Part shown: positions 1 to 8,943 of the stretch, piece after piece
Layout of the letters: each line of letters starts with the position of its first letter
Position numbering within the stretch: position 1 is the first letter of the stretch
Assembly: GCA_050955025.1 (NCBI GenBank)
Contig: JBPBQX010000330.1
Coordinates: forward strand, 1-50,232
Origin: Janthinobacterium lividum
GTDB lineage: Bacteria > Pseudomonadota > Alphaproteobacteria > Acetobacterales > Acetobacteraceae
Direction of reading: 5' to 3'
DNA length: 50,232 bases
Made by a program: the position numbers and the translations under genes
Notes under the pieces: model-generated
What the model saw: only the letters and a program-made list of their open reading frames with translations
Told to the model about the DNA's origin: nothing
Database searches by the model: none

Positions 1-458
1 ATGCCAGCCCGGACGACTGCTGGCTGGCGCTGCGCGGGGCGCGGACGATGGCGGTGCGGCTCGCGCACCAGCACGCGGCGGGGCTGCGGGTGGCGGGGTG
101 GCTGCAGGAGCAGCCGCAGGTGCTGCGTGTGCTGCATCCCGGGCTGGAGGGTGCGCCGGGGCACGCGTTGTGGAAGCGCGACTTCACGGGGGCGTCGTCG
201 CTGTTCGGGGTGGTGTTCCAGCCGCGCTACCCGCAGGCGGCGGTGGACGCGCTGCTGGACGGGCTCGAGCTGTTCGGGATCGGGGCGTCGTGGGGCGGGT
301 TCGAGAGCCTGGTGCTGCCGACGAGCGGGACGCTGACACGCACGGTGGAGTCGGGCGGGCTCGGCGGACCGGCGATCCGGCTGCACGTGGGTCTGGAGGA
401 TGTGGACGACCTGATCGAGGACCTGACGGCAGGGCTGGCGCGGATGGATGCGGGGTAG
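1..458 (+). CDS. metC: cystathionine beta-lyase, C-terminal fragment (gene starts left of the window)
   Basis: Frame 3 is open from the window edge to TAG at 456-458. The translation ...LHPGLEGAPGHALWKRDFTGASSLFGVVF...GASWGGFESLVLP...IRLHVGLEDVDDLIEDL matches the conserved C-terminus of MetC-type Cys/Met-metabolism PLP enzymes. Confidence 0.8.
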   Translation, partial: ASPDDCWLALRGARTMAVRLAHQHAAGLRVAGWLQEQPQVLRVLHPGLEGAPGHALWKRDFTGASSLFGVVFQPRYPQAAVDALLDGLELFGIGASWGGFESLVLPTSGTLTRTVESGGLGGPAIRLHVGLEDVDDLIEDLTAGLARMDAG

Positions 459-470
459 CGCCTGAGTAGC

Positions 471-522
471 GGATTCCAAAGGCGAGCCTTTGGCGGAGTT
501 TGAGGCGGAGCCTCAACCTTGC
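471..522. repeat. REP-like double-hairpin element (single arm, orientation A)
   Basis: GGATTCCAAAGGCGAGCCTTTGGCGGAGTTTGAGGCGGAGCCTCAACCTTGC. It has two stem-loops (CCAAAGGC/GCCTTTGG and TTGAGGC/GCCTCAA), sits 13 nt after the metC stop, and has related copies at 2115, 3971, 18005, 24351 and 28816. Confidence 0.85.
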
Positions 523-597
523 TTCCTTCCCAGGCGATTGCGCGTCCCGCCCCGGGTGGGCCAGGGTATCGCCCCCTCCCCTGCCCGGACGTGATCC

Positions 598-963
598 ATG
601 GACCTGCGTTTCGACGACCGAGGCCTGATCCCCGCCATCGCGCAACAGCACGACACCGGCGAGGTGCTGATGCTGGCGTGGATGAACGCGGAGTCGGTCG
701 CGGAGACGCTGCGCACGGGGCGGGTCTGCTACTGGAGCCGCAGCCGGGGGGCGCTGTGGCGCAAGGGCGAGACGTCGGGGCAGGTGCAGCGCCTGGTGGA
801 GCTGCGGGTAGACTGCGACGGCGACGCGGTGCTGCTGCTAGTCGAGCAGGAGGGGGTCGCGTGCCACACCGGGCACCGCTCGTGCTTCTTCCAGGCGGTC
901 CGGGACGGCGAGACGGTGGAGGTGGCGCCAGCGCTGGTGAGCGAGGCGACGCTCTACGGTTAG
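598..963 (+). CDS. hisI: phosphoribosyl-AMP cyclohydrolase
   Basis: 121-aa ORF with ATG at 598. [26 protein letters not shown]...[20 protein letters not shown]...[27 protein letters not shown] is the HisI signature. It is a stand-alone HisI with no HisE fusion. Confidence 0.9.
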   Translation: MDLRFDDRGLIPAIAQQHDTGEVLMLAWMNAESVAETLRTGRVCYWSRSRGALWRKGETSGQVQRLVELRVDCDGDAVLLLVEQEGVACHTGHRSCFFQAVRDGETVEVAPALVSEATLYG

Positions 964-1159
964 GACCCGTAGAACCCGGCCGGGGGCGCGAGCCAGCACC
1001 CTGCCCCGCTCCCGTGTGACGTGCCTCCGGCCGTGACCGGGCGGGGTTCCGGAGCTGCCGGCCTTCATGGATCGGGGCAGGCCCGGCTTTCTTCCGGCCC
1101 ATGCCCTCGGCTACAAGCCGACGGGCGTGCGGCGCGGGCCGCCAGCGGGGAGTTTGCGG

Positions 1160-2110
1160 ATGGCCGAGCAGGGCGTGTCGATCCTGAGCCTAGGCGAGAT
1201 GGGTCCGGGGATCACGGAGTCGCTGGTGGCCGACGGGTTCACCGTGCATTCGGCACCCGCGCGGCCGCTGCCGGAGATCCTGGCGGCGCACGGGGCGGAG
1301 ATCCGCGGCGTGATGACGCGCGGCGCAATGCCCGTCGACGCGGCGCTGCTGGAGAAGCTGCCGGCTCTGGAGATGGTGGCCAATTTTGGGGTCGGGTACG
1401 ACTCCGTGGACGTGGCGGCAGCGACGGCGCGGGGCGTGGCGGTGTCGAACACGCCGGACGTGCTCAACGACGAGGTCGCGGACCTCACGGTCGGGCTGCT
1501 GCTGGCGACGATCCGGAAGCTGCCGCAGGCGGACCGCCACGCGCGTGGCGGGCATTGGGAGAAGGGCGCTTTCGCGCTGTCGGGCACGCTGCGCGGGCGC
1601 ACGGTCGGGCTGCTGGGGATGGGACGGATCGGCCAGGCGATCGCGCGCAGGATCTCGGCCTTCGACGTGCCGGTGGTCTACCACGCGCGGCGCCCGGTGG
1701 AGGGCGTGTCGCTGCGGCACTTCCCGACGCTGGTGGGCATGGCGGAGGCCGTGGACACGCTGGTCGCGATCGTGCCGGGCGGTGCTGCCACGCGGCACCT
1801 GATCAACGCGGAGGTGCTGGCGGCGCTCGGGCCGGACGGCGTCGTGGTGAACGTGGCGCGCGGCTCGGTGATGGACGAGGACGCGCTGATCGCCGCGCTG
1901 CAGGCGGGCAGGCTGCACGCGGCGGGGCTCGACGTGTTCGCCGACGAGCCGCGCATCCGGCCGGAGCTGCTGGCGCTGGAGAACGTCGTGGTGATCCCGC
2001 ACGTGGGTTCGGCGACGCACCATACGCGCGGGCAGATGGCGGCGCTGGTGGCGGAGAACGTCAGGTCGTGGTTCGCAGGGCGAGGCCTGGTCACGCCGGT
2101 GCCGGCGTAG
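1160..2110 (+). CDS. D-isomer-specific 2-hydroxyacid dehydrogenase (glyoxylate/hydroxypyruvate reductase-like)
   Basis: The ORF is 1067..2110. I prefer the internal ATG at 1160 (MAEQGVSILSL...). NAD-binding motif GLLGMGRIGQAIARR, and catalytic region VNVARGSVMDEDALIAAL...LDVFADEP...NVVVIPHVGSAT. Confidence 0.85.
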   Translation: MAEQGVSILSLGEMGPGITESLVADGFTVHSAPARPLPEILAAHGAEIRGVMTRGAMPVDAALLEKLPALEMVANFGVGYDSVDVAAATARGVAVSNTPDVLNDEVADLTVGLLLATIRKLPQADRHARGGHWEKGAFALSGTLRGRTVGLLGMGRIGQAIARRISAFDVPVVYHARRPVEGVSLRHFPTLVGMAEAVDTLVAIVPGGAATRHLINAEVLAALGPDGVVVNVARGSVMDEDALIAALQAGRLHAAGLDVFADEPRIRPELLALENVVVIPHVGSATHHTRGQMAALVAENVRSWFAGRGLVTPVPA

Positions 2111-2114
2111 GCAG

Positions 2115-2168
2115 GCAAGGCCAGAGGCCCTGCCTCTGGACTCCGCCAAAGGCTCGCCTTTGGAAACC
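2115..2168. repeat. REP-like double-hairpin element (single arm, orientation B)
   Basis: GCAAGGCCAGAGGCCCTGCCTCTGGACTCCGCCAAAGGCTCGCCTTTGGAAACC. Hairpin 2 is the CCAGAGGC/GCCTCTGG variant. It begins 5 nt after the dehydrogenase stop. Confidence 0.85.
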
Positions 2169-2399
2169 ATGACCCAGGAGGTTGGTTGCCGGAGAGTTCC
2201 TGTTTCTGGCGGATTCCGACAGAGCCGCTGAACGTCCCGGCGATTTGCTTGCCGCACGCCGCCGCAAGGGCGAGCATGGCAGCAAGGGTTTCGCTCGAGC
2301 CGCGCCGGATCGCTGGCAGCCGACGCGAGGCTGAAGAGGGTGATCGGCAAAGCGGCCAGCCAAGGTCGTGCCGGCGCGACACAGGGAAGGACTGACAGG

Positions 2400-3464
2400 A
2401 TGCGTCTGTACCAGGCGATCAACCGCGTGCCGGGCGGGCTCATGGTAGTGCCGCTGTTCCTCGGCATGGTGCTCAACACCTTCGCGCCGAACCTGCTCAA
2501 GATCGGCGGCTTCACCGAGGCGCTGAGCAGCGCGGGATATCCGACGTTCCTGGGCATGTACCTGTTCACGGTCGGCACCAAGATGACGCTGAACGCGGCG
2601 CCGCGCATGCTCAAGCGCGGCTTCGGCATCATGTTCGTCAAGCTCTCGGTCGGCGTGGGAGTCTCGCTTCTGGTGGCGCGGTTCGCAGGCGGCAACATCT
2701 TCGGCTACAGCACGCTGGCGCTGATGGTGGCGCTGAGCGACACCAACGGCGGCATGTTCCTCGCGCTGACCAGCGTGATGGGCGACCCGGACGACGCCGG
2801 CACCTACGTGCCGCAGTCGATCGAGACCGGGCCGTTCGTGACCATGCTGTTCCTGGTCGGCGCCGGACTCGCCGCGATCCCCTGGCTGACCATGGTGTCG
2901 GTGATTGCGCCGATCGTGGCCGGGGCGGTGCTGGGCAACCTGGACCGTGACATGCGCGACTTCTTCGGGCGGCACGAGCCGATCATCATCCCGTTCATGG
3001 CATTCACGCTCGGGCAGAACATCAACCTGCATTCCGTGGTCTCTTCTGGCGTGTCGGGCGTGCTGCTCGGCGTGTTCGTGGTCGCGGTGACCGGGACGGT
3101 GTGCATCCTCGCCGACATCGCGCTGGGCGGCTCGGGGATCGCGGGGGCGGCGGCGTCGAGCACCGCGGGCAACGCGGCGGCGGTGCCGAAGGCGATCGCG
3201 ATGGCTGACCCGACGTACGGTGGCATCGCGGGGGTGGCGACGGTGCAGGTGGCGGCGGCGGTGATCGTCTCGTCGGTGCTGACGCCGCTGCTCACGAGCT
3301 ACATGTACCGCAGGGTGAACCGGGCGCGGGCGCTGGCGGGGGTGCCGCTCGCGGGGATCGCGCAGACCGGCGTCGAGCCGGGAGGCATGGTGCCAGGGAT
3401 GGTGCCGATCGGGCTGCCGCCCGGGGTCACTGTGCCGGTGCAGGGGCCGGGGATGGCGCACTAG
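2400..3464 (+). CDS. kdgT: 2-keto-3-deoxygluconate permease
   Basis: The ORF is 2340..3464. The ATG at 2400 gives MRLYQAINRVPGGLMVVPLFLGMVLNTFAPN..., the typical KdgT N-terminus. The protein is polytopic and hydrophobic throughout. Confidence 0.85.
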   Translation: MRLYQAINRVPGGLMVVPLFLGMVLNTFAPNLLKIGGFTEALSSAGYPTFLGMYLFTVGTKMTLNAAPRMLKRGFGIMFVKLSVGVGVSLLVARFAGGNIFGYSTLALMVALSDTNGGMFLALTSVMGDPDDAGTYVPQSIETGPFVTMLFLVGAGLAAIPWLTMVSVIAPIVAGAVLGNLDRDMRDFFGRHEPIIIPFMAFTLGQNINLHSVVSSGVSGVLLGVFVVAVTGTVCILADIALGGSGIAGAAASSTAGNAAAVPKAIAMADPTYGGIAGVATVQVAAAVIVSSVLTPLLTSYMYRRVNRARALAGVPLAGIAQTGVEPGGMVPGMVPIGLPPGVTVPVQGPGMAH

Positions 3465-3573
3465 CCTGCAAGCTCTGCGGCATGTGGGCAGCCGTCGAGG
3501 GTCTGCGTTTGGCGAGGTGATACGGGATCGCGGCACCCCGGCGAGCGGGTGGCCGAACAGGCGGGAGCGGACA

Positions 3574-3963
3574 ATGGATCTGGACGAGGCGGAACGGCTG
3601 ACGAAGCGGGCGGTGGCGGAGGCAGCGGGCTATGGGCGCCCGATCTGCGTCTCGGTGTGCGACGGACAGGGATTCCTGGTGGCGTTCGCTCGCATGGCGG
3701 GGGCGCCGGTGCGCTCCATCGCGCTGTCGCAGGCCAAGGCCTACACGGCGGCGCGCATCGGCGTCGGGACGACGGCGTTCCACGAGCGCCTCCAGGGCCA
3801 GGGCTACCCGGCGAGCTACTTCTGCGATCCCGGCCTGACCGGGCTGCCAGGGGGCGCGGTGCTGCGCGGCGCGGGCGGCTCCGTTGCAGGCGGAGTCGGG
3901 ATCAGCGGACTGCTGCCGGCCGAGGACCAGGTTATCGCGGACCTGCTCGCAGGGCCGGCGTAG
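3574..3963 (+). CDS. GlcG/HbpS-like (DUF336) heme-binding family protein
   Basis: The ATG at 3574 gives MDLDEAERLTKRAVAEAAGYGRPICVSVCDGQGFLVAFARMAGAPVRSIALSQAKAYTAA...GGVGISG, the pattern typical of the GlcG family. Confidence 0.75.
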   Translation: MDLDEAERLTKRAVAEAAGYGRPICVSVCDGQGFLVAFARMAGAPVRSIALSQAKAYTAARIGVGTTAFHERLQGQGYPASYFCDPGLTGLPGGAVLRGAGGSVAGGVGISGLLPAEDQVIADLLAGPA

Positions 3964-3970
3964 AAGGGAA

Positions 3971-4091
3971 GCAAGGCTGGGGCTTCCGCCAGCGTCTGCC
4001 AAAAGCCAGGGCGTTTCGAAACCCGACCCCAAGGAAGCCGGTCCAGGGGCGTTGCCCCTGGCGGAGTTTGAGGCGGCGCCTCAACCTTCGC
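3971..4091. repeat. composite (two-arm, inverted) REP/MITE-like element
   Basis: A degenerate B-orientation arm (GCAAGGCTGGGGCTTCCGCCAGC...) is followed by a canonical A-orientation arm GGTCCAGGGGCGTTGCCCCTGGCGGAGTTTGAGGCGGCGCCTCAACCTTCGC. Hairpin 1 here is the compensated variant CCAGGGGC/GCCCCTGG. Confidence 0.7.
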
Positions 4092-4133
4092 TTCCTGCAA
4101 GGAAGGTTCACCGACGGGCGGCGGGAGAGATTG

Positions 4134-4556
4134 GTGGCGGAGACAGCCGAGGCGAGAGCGTTAGCAGAGAGGGTGCAGGGCAGGCTGGACCGCCTGGCGC
4201 TGTCCCCCGAGACGGCAGGGCGGGCGGCAGGGCTTGCGGACGATTTCCTCGCGAGGCTGCTGGACGGGCGGATGACGGCGCCGCGTGGGCGGCGTCTGGC
4301 GAAACTGGCTGAGGTGCTGGAAACGTCCGTGTCGTATCTGGTGGGACTGGATCCGGACGCGGAAGTGCCGCCGGAATTCATGGAGGAGGACCAGGGCAGC
4401 CTGGGCCTGCTGGCAGGCGACGAGGAGGCGCTGCTGCGGGCATACCGGCGCCTGGACGTATCCTCGCGCGCGGCGTTGCTTCAGGTCGTGCAGAAGATGG
4501 CGCCGGAGGCCGAGGTGGCGGAGCGGGCACCTCGGCAGGGACGGACGCAGGGGTGA
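4134..4556 (+). CDS. XRE-family helix-turn-helix transcriptional regulator
   Basis: This is the 3' part of ORF 3549..4556. The upstream part runs through the REP elements and is not credible. GTG at 4134 (or TTG at 4131) follows GGGAGAG. HTH segment LSPETAGRAAGLADDFLARLLDGRMTAPRGRRLAKLAEVLETSVSYLVGL. The start is uncertain. Confidence 0.55.
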   Translation: MAETAEARALAERVQGRLDRLALSPETAGRAAGLADDFLARLLDGRMTAPRGRRLAKLAEVLETSVSYLVGLDPDAEVPPEFMEEDQGSLGLLAGDEEALLRAYRRLDVSSRAALLQVVQKMAPEAEVAERAPRQGRTQG

Positions 4557-5000
4557 GGAAGGGGTCGGTTGTGGATCCGAGCAAGTTTACACTTCTCATT
4601 CCTGCCGATCCCTGTTGATGATCCAAACCCTGACATTCCAGGGACGACGGACAGGGTGGAAAGGAAGACGGCTGCTAGGACCGGATCGTAGGGCTTTGGC
4701 CAAGCCCATTGCCGTGAGGCAGACGCGTATGCTCCCAACCATTACCGGTTCCAAAACGCAGGACGACGGTGGCTTCTACGCGACGCCTAGTCCGTTTCAT
4801 TGAAGTGGTAACCTTCTAGGAAAATGCAACAATGGCCAAGCAGCAACAGCATGTGCCGGATTAAAGAATTTGGTACCTGGTTTCAGGACTCCTTCAAATC
4901 TCTGTTAAGCTGACTTCATTGGGATCGGACAGCGAGTGAAGGGCCGAACGTCGTCGCCTAGAACAAAAAGGCTGGCGCACGGCAACAAGCGGAGGTGTCT

Positions 5001-6350
5001 ATGAAGACGTTTGCGGAAACCCTCATCGCGATAGACGCCTTCTGGCAAATGAACGCCTCTTTCGCAGCGCCAGGGCATCTGCGAGATACACTGTTTACAT
5101 GGCTGGACGAGCACGACTCCGAAGGAGCAACGCCGATCCGGTCCATTTTGAAGGACTTCTTTGGCGGACTTCCGATTGAAGTAGAAACATTTCTTCTTGA
5201 CCCGGCCGAGAGAGCTTTTGCTCGCCACATTGCGACACTTCAGCCTTATGCAATGTTCCTGGGAAATCCTCCACCGGCAGTCTCGACCCACCTGACCACC
5301 GAAAGCAGTGATGATTTTCTCGCTGACAACTCGGGGCTGTGGGGTGTATTTCGCATCGTCAACCTGTTGCTGATGAGTTCCATCCGACCCAGCAAGCAGA
5401 TCGCCATCGTCACTTCGGTACGCGACGAGGGCATATCGCTTCTCGAATGGATCGCGCATTATCGCGGCCTCGGTGTGCGCGATTTTTTTGTCTATACAAA
5501 TGACAACGCTGACGGCTCTGATCTCGTTTTAGACTTGCTCGCGAAAAACCGTATTATTAATCTCATCAGAAACACTGTTATGACGGCGAGATCCATCCAA
5601 GCGAAAGTGATGGAACATTCAATACACATGCTCGATGCACTTCGAGAGTACGAGTGGGTATTTTTCATAGACGTAGACGAGTTTTTTATTCCACGCATAG
5701 GGAACAGGTCCACTCTGAGCAACGTGATCCAGAGGCTTAGCAGCAGTTTTGAACGTGATGCCCCTTCGTCGATCTCGTTCCACTGGAAGTGGTTTGGCAG
5801 CGAGAACAAGTTCGAGCGATCCGAAGGCCTGTTGTTGGAGCGCTTTCTGCATTCCATCCACAACGAGCATGTCAAGAGCTTGGTGCGGTTGCGCGACGTG
5901 GTCTCGATGCAGCGCGTCCACGTGCCTGTCCTGGTACCATCGGCCTGGGGTGTTACGTCGGATCTACGACCGTTTGATCTGAGCGGGGTTGGTGTCAAGG
6001 CCGTTCATGGCATAGGACAACTCAATCACTATTGGAACAAGTCGTTTCAGGAGTTTGCAATCAAGCGAAGCCGGGGTCGGATTTCAGGCTCCAAGCAGGG
6101 AGAGGCATTGGATTTTTCGACATTCTTCCTTTGGGGGTCGAACGACAGGCGCGGCAATTTTGATCCTCCTCCGGTCGAGATCGTATCGCGGACTAAACAG
6201 GTGCTGGCAGAACTGCTTGCCATTGCAGGCATGCGCGAGAGCGTTGCGTGTGTGGAAAACCTATTCCAAGCACGGGTGGCCGAACTCGACAGTGATCTTT
6301 CACTGCGCCGAATTTACGACGCTCAGGTATCCAGCCGCGTAGCCACCTGA
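5001..6350 (+). CDS. GT-A fold glycosyltransferase (Glyco_tranf_2_4 / GT92-like) with an unassigned N-terminal extension of about 130 aa
   Basis: ATG at 5001 lies 5 nt after GGAGG. The core IAIVTSVRDEGISLLEWIAHYRGLGVRDFFVYTNDNADGS...EYEWVFFIDVDEFFIP...FHWKWFGS fits the PF13704-type family. It lies in the AT-richer insert. Confidence 0.7.
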   Translation: MKTFAETLIAIDAFWQMNASFAAPGHLRDTLFTWLDEHDSEGATPIRSILKDFFGGLPIEVETFLLDPAERAFARHIATLQPYAMFLGNPPPAVSTHLTTESSDDFLADNSGLWGVFRIVNLLLMSSIRPSKQIAIVTSVRDEGISLLEWIAHYRGLGVRDFFVYTNDNADGSDLVLDLLAKNRIINLIRNTVMTARSIQAKVMEHSIHMLDALREYEWVFFIDVDEFFIPRIGNRSTLSNVIQRLSSSFERDAPSSISFHWKWFGSENKFERSEGLLLERFLHSIHNEHVKSLVRLRDVVSMQRVHVPVLVPSAWGVTSDLRPFDLSGVGVKAVHGIGQLNHYWNKSFQEFAIKRSRGRISGSKQGEALDFSTFFLWGSNDRRGNFDPPPVEIVSRTKQVLAELLAIAGMRESVACVENLFQARVAELDSDLSLRRIYDAQVSSRVAT

Positions 6351-6408
6351 ATGCCGACTGATGATTAAGTCCGGAATCGGATCGCAGTCAGATGTAAGGG
6401 AGATTTCC

Positions 6409-7677
6409 ATGCGCACTCTTGCTGAAGAAATGGAATCTGATTACTCGAAGGGCTCGGAGAATTACCAGCCTTGGGTAAAACGAAGCGAAAGTGCGGACGC
6501 AGAACAGCAGATATTCCAAGAACTTCTTCGTAAGAATGCTGGTGCGCATTCAATCGGACCCGACTGTTTCATATCTCCAGCAGCGCAGATTCATACTAAT
6601 TATTTTTCTATAGGCAAAAACAGCTGGATTGCCGCAGGAGCCATCGTTCGGGGACACGTAACGATTGGCGAGAACAGCTCCATTAATCCCTATGCCCATG
6701 TCGCAGGAAAGGTGTCGATCGGCAGCGGCGTGCGAATTGCAGGCTTGGTGTCGATCTACGGATTTAATCATGGTCACCAACGAACAGACGTGTGGATACA
6801 CGAGCAGCCTCATACTTCGATCGGCGTCACAGTCGGTGACGGAACGTGGATAGGCGCAAATTCAGTCGTGATCGATGGAGTCAACATCGGCTCGCACTGC
6901 ATTGTTGCAGGGGGTTCCGTAGTCACCAAGGATGTGCCGGACTACTCGATAGTTGGTGGCAATCCGGCAGAATTAATTAGAAACCGAAGAGTTTCACAGC
7001 AACCAAGCGAAAACGAAGACACCAAGAAGAACTTGCAAGTTAGGAAACTACTTTATTCCGAGGATCCGTACGTCAATATTCCTTTTAGCTACCCTAAGGA
7101 TCTGCAGGGATGGGACTCAGAACATGATATTTTTTTTGATACTATTGCATCAGTCAAGCCAAAATTGATAGTCGAAGTTGGAACGTGGAAAGGTGCATCA
7201 GCGATGCACATGGTGTCTGTTTGTCGCCGCCTCGGCCTGGAAGCCGAGATTGTGTGCGTCGACACTTGGCTCGGCAATTGGCAGCATTGGAGTCGGCGGG
7301 AAGGTGGAGTCGGCAGCCAGTCCGACTTGAAGATATACAATGGTATGCCTCGCCTGTATTATCAATTCCTGTCGAACGTTGTTCATTGCGGCTACGAGGA
7401 CATGGTGACACCCCTGCCTCTCACTGGGGTAGCCGGCGCAAAACTGTTTGAGCATCTAAAATTAACGCCTGATGTTATTTACGTAGATGGCGATCATGAA
7501 TACGAGTCCGTTCTGTTTGATCTAAGACTTTGGATCAAGCAGCTTGCACCCGGCGGGGTTCTAATCGGGGATGACTACACATGGCCCAGCGTCAAACGCG
7601 CAGTGGGCGAGATTATGTCTGCTGAAAACCTGCGGATTCAGGTTGTCGGGCAGAAGTTTACTCTTAGCAGAGCTTGA
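6409..7677 (+). CDS. fusion protein: left-handed beta-helix (hexapeptide) acyltransferase plus class I SAM-dependent methyltransferase (Methyltransf_24-like)
   Basis: ATG at 6409 follows GGGAG. The N-terminal half has hexapeptide repeats (...IGKNSWIAAGAIVRGHVTIGENSSINPYAHVAGKVSIGSGVRIAG...VGDGTWIGANSVVIDGVNIGSHCIVAGGSVVTKDVPDYSIVGGNPA). The C-terminal half has LIVEVGTWKGASAMHM...VIYVDGDHEYESVLFDLRLWIKQLAPGGVLIGDDY. Confidence 0.75.
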   Translation: MRTLAEEMESDYSKGSENYQPWVKRSESADAEQQIFQELLRKNAGAHSIGPDCFISPAAQIHTNYFSIGKNSWIAAGAIVRGHVTIGENSSINPYAHVAGKVSIGSGVRIAGLVSIYGFNHGHQRTDVWIHEQPHTSIGVTVGDGTWIGANSVVIDGVNIGSHCIVAGGSVVTKDVPDYSIVGGNPAELIRNRRVSQQPSENEDTKKNLQVRKLLYSEDPYVNIPFSYPKDLQGWDSEHDIFFDTIASVKPKLIVEVGTWKGASAMHMVSVCRRLGLEAEIVCVDTWLGNWQHWSRREGGVGSQSDLKIYNGMPRLYYQFLSNVVHCGYEDMVTPLPLTGVAGAKLFEHLKLTPDVIYVDGDHEYESVLFDLRLWIKQLAPGGVLIGDDYTWPSVKRAVGEIMSAENLRIQVVGQKFTLSRA

Positions 7678-7732
7678 GGCAGCCGGTAGTCAGGTCACAC
7701 ATGGTCGGAAAGGAGTGTCACCGTCCTGTCTT

Positions 7733-8875
7733 CTACCATCTCACGGCACGCGCGGCCGAGATGTTGGCGGTGTCGGGGCCGGAAGGTGTGTACGACGGGA
7801 TCAGCGCGTTGCCACCCTCGTCGCACTCATCCCACGAGTAGATGATGATTGCCTTGGACTCGCACGCCGCTGGACGTGCCGCGACGAGGTCGGCCGCAGC
7901 CTGGAGATGCGCGGTCAGCTGCGCCGGGCGCGGCGCGACCCAGAAGCGCGACATGTTCGCGCCCGGACTGCTCCGGTAGAACGGAGGGGGGTTCTGCCTG
8001 CGCGGCCGCAGGTCCCATCCCGTCTGGCAAATCGGCACGATCGGCGTGCCCGTCGCCGCCATCGCCTGCCAGTAGGCCCGGATCGCCGGGTCCGCCTTCT
8101 CCCAGGCCAGCGCGTCGCCTGAAGCCGCCACGCAGCTGTAGCTGCTGATCGCGTCCGCGCCGGTCAAGGCCGCCAGGGAAGCGGCGAGGGCCGGCCCGCC
8201 CGCCATCAGGACGATGTAGGGCGCCGCCAGTCCAGCGCCGTGTGCCGCCGCCTTGAGCGCGTCGAAAGCCGCGCGCACGTTCTCCCACCGCCCGTTCCAG
8301 GCGGTCCCGAGAGCGTGCTGATCGTCCACGAACACGTAGACCAGCGGCCTGCCATTAAGCACAGACTGGTAGTTGTGCTGCCGAAAGTACCCGAGGTAGT
8401 CGGGAACCGCGGTGTTCCACCGCGCGGCTGGCCCAATGCGCGAGAACTGGAGCAGCAGGCACCAGTTCATCCGCTCCCGGATGCTGCTGGCCTGGTGGAG
8501 GGCCCAGGCCCTCTGCATCGGACTTGCTGGCGACTGCTGCCCGTACCAGCAGTAGGCCCAGTAGCGCAGCCCAGCACTGGCAGCGTAGTTGATCTCGGCA
8601 TCCATGCAGGCCTGCGTGCTGCCGTCGATCACGGTGCGGGTGGCCGATGCAGGCGCCGCGAACCAGGGCGCTCGGCTGCGCCATTGCGGCGGCCCGAGGT
8701 CGAGGTCGACCGCGATGTTGACGGCGGACTCGCTGCTCCCCGGGGCGGAGCCATACCATGCGTCCCAGCGTATGGCACCGGGGATGCTCCTGGCTGGGCC
8801 GGCTGCGGCGGCCCGCACCGCGGCAGCCAGGGACAGGGCCGTGGCACCGGCGGCGAAACCTCGGCGGCCGATCAC
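7733..8875 (-). CDS. Tat-exported hypothetical protein, possible glycoside-hydrolase-like (GH99/WbsX-type) fold
   Basis: 380-aa ORF with a GTG start. The N-terminus IGRRGFAAGATALSLAAAVRAAAAG looks like a twin-arginine signal. The C-terminal IIIYSWDECDEGGNAL echoes the AWNEWCEGAYLEP motif of the WbsX-like domain in the 1320-aa protein. Function is weakly supported. Confidence 0.55.
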   Translation of the reverse strand: MIGRRGFAAGATALSLAAAVRAAAAGPARSIPGAIRWDAWYGSAPGSSESAVNIAVDLDLGPPQWRSRAPWFAAPASATRTVIDGSTQACMDAEINYAASAGLRYWAYCWYGQQSPASPMQRAWALHQASSIRERMNWCLLLQFSRIGPAARWNTAVPDYLGYFRQHNYQSVLNGRPLVYVFVDDQHALGTAWNGRWENVRAAFDALKAAAHGAGLAAPYIVLMAGGPALAASLAALTGADAISSYSCVAASGDALAWEKADPAIRAYWQAMAATGTPIVPICQTGWDLRPRRQNPPPFYRSSPGANMSRFWVAPRPAQLTAHLQAAADLVAARPAACESKAIIIYSWDECDEGGNALIPSYTPSGPDTANISAARAVRW

Positions 8876-8943
8876 AGCCGGGCGGCCTGCACCGGCAAGC
8901 CGGGTGCGGCATTCCGGGACCGGGTGCCTCGGGCAGGACGTGC

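Noticed and set aside
3549-4133. The N-terminal 195 codons of the 335-aa ORF 3549..4556.
   Set aside because: This part overlaps the GlcG-like gene in another frame and runs straight through the two REP arms (3971-4091). Only the 3' 140 codons carry an HTH signature.
4557-4994. A possible tRNA or att remnant or small RNA in the 440-bp non-coding leader of the AT-richer insert.
   Set aside because: I found only a short hairpin (GGGCTT-tggcc-AAGCCC). There is no tRNA-like T-arm or acceptor pattern and no repeat matching the right junction (7678-7732). This is not enough to call anything.
4905-5459. A 184-aa minus-strand ORF in the AT-richer insert.
   Set aside because: It is antisense to the N-terminus of the 5001..6350 transferase. 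It has no recognisable motifs or ribosome-binding site, and the plus-strand gene has a GGAGG-ATG start and family motifs.
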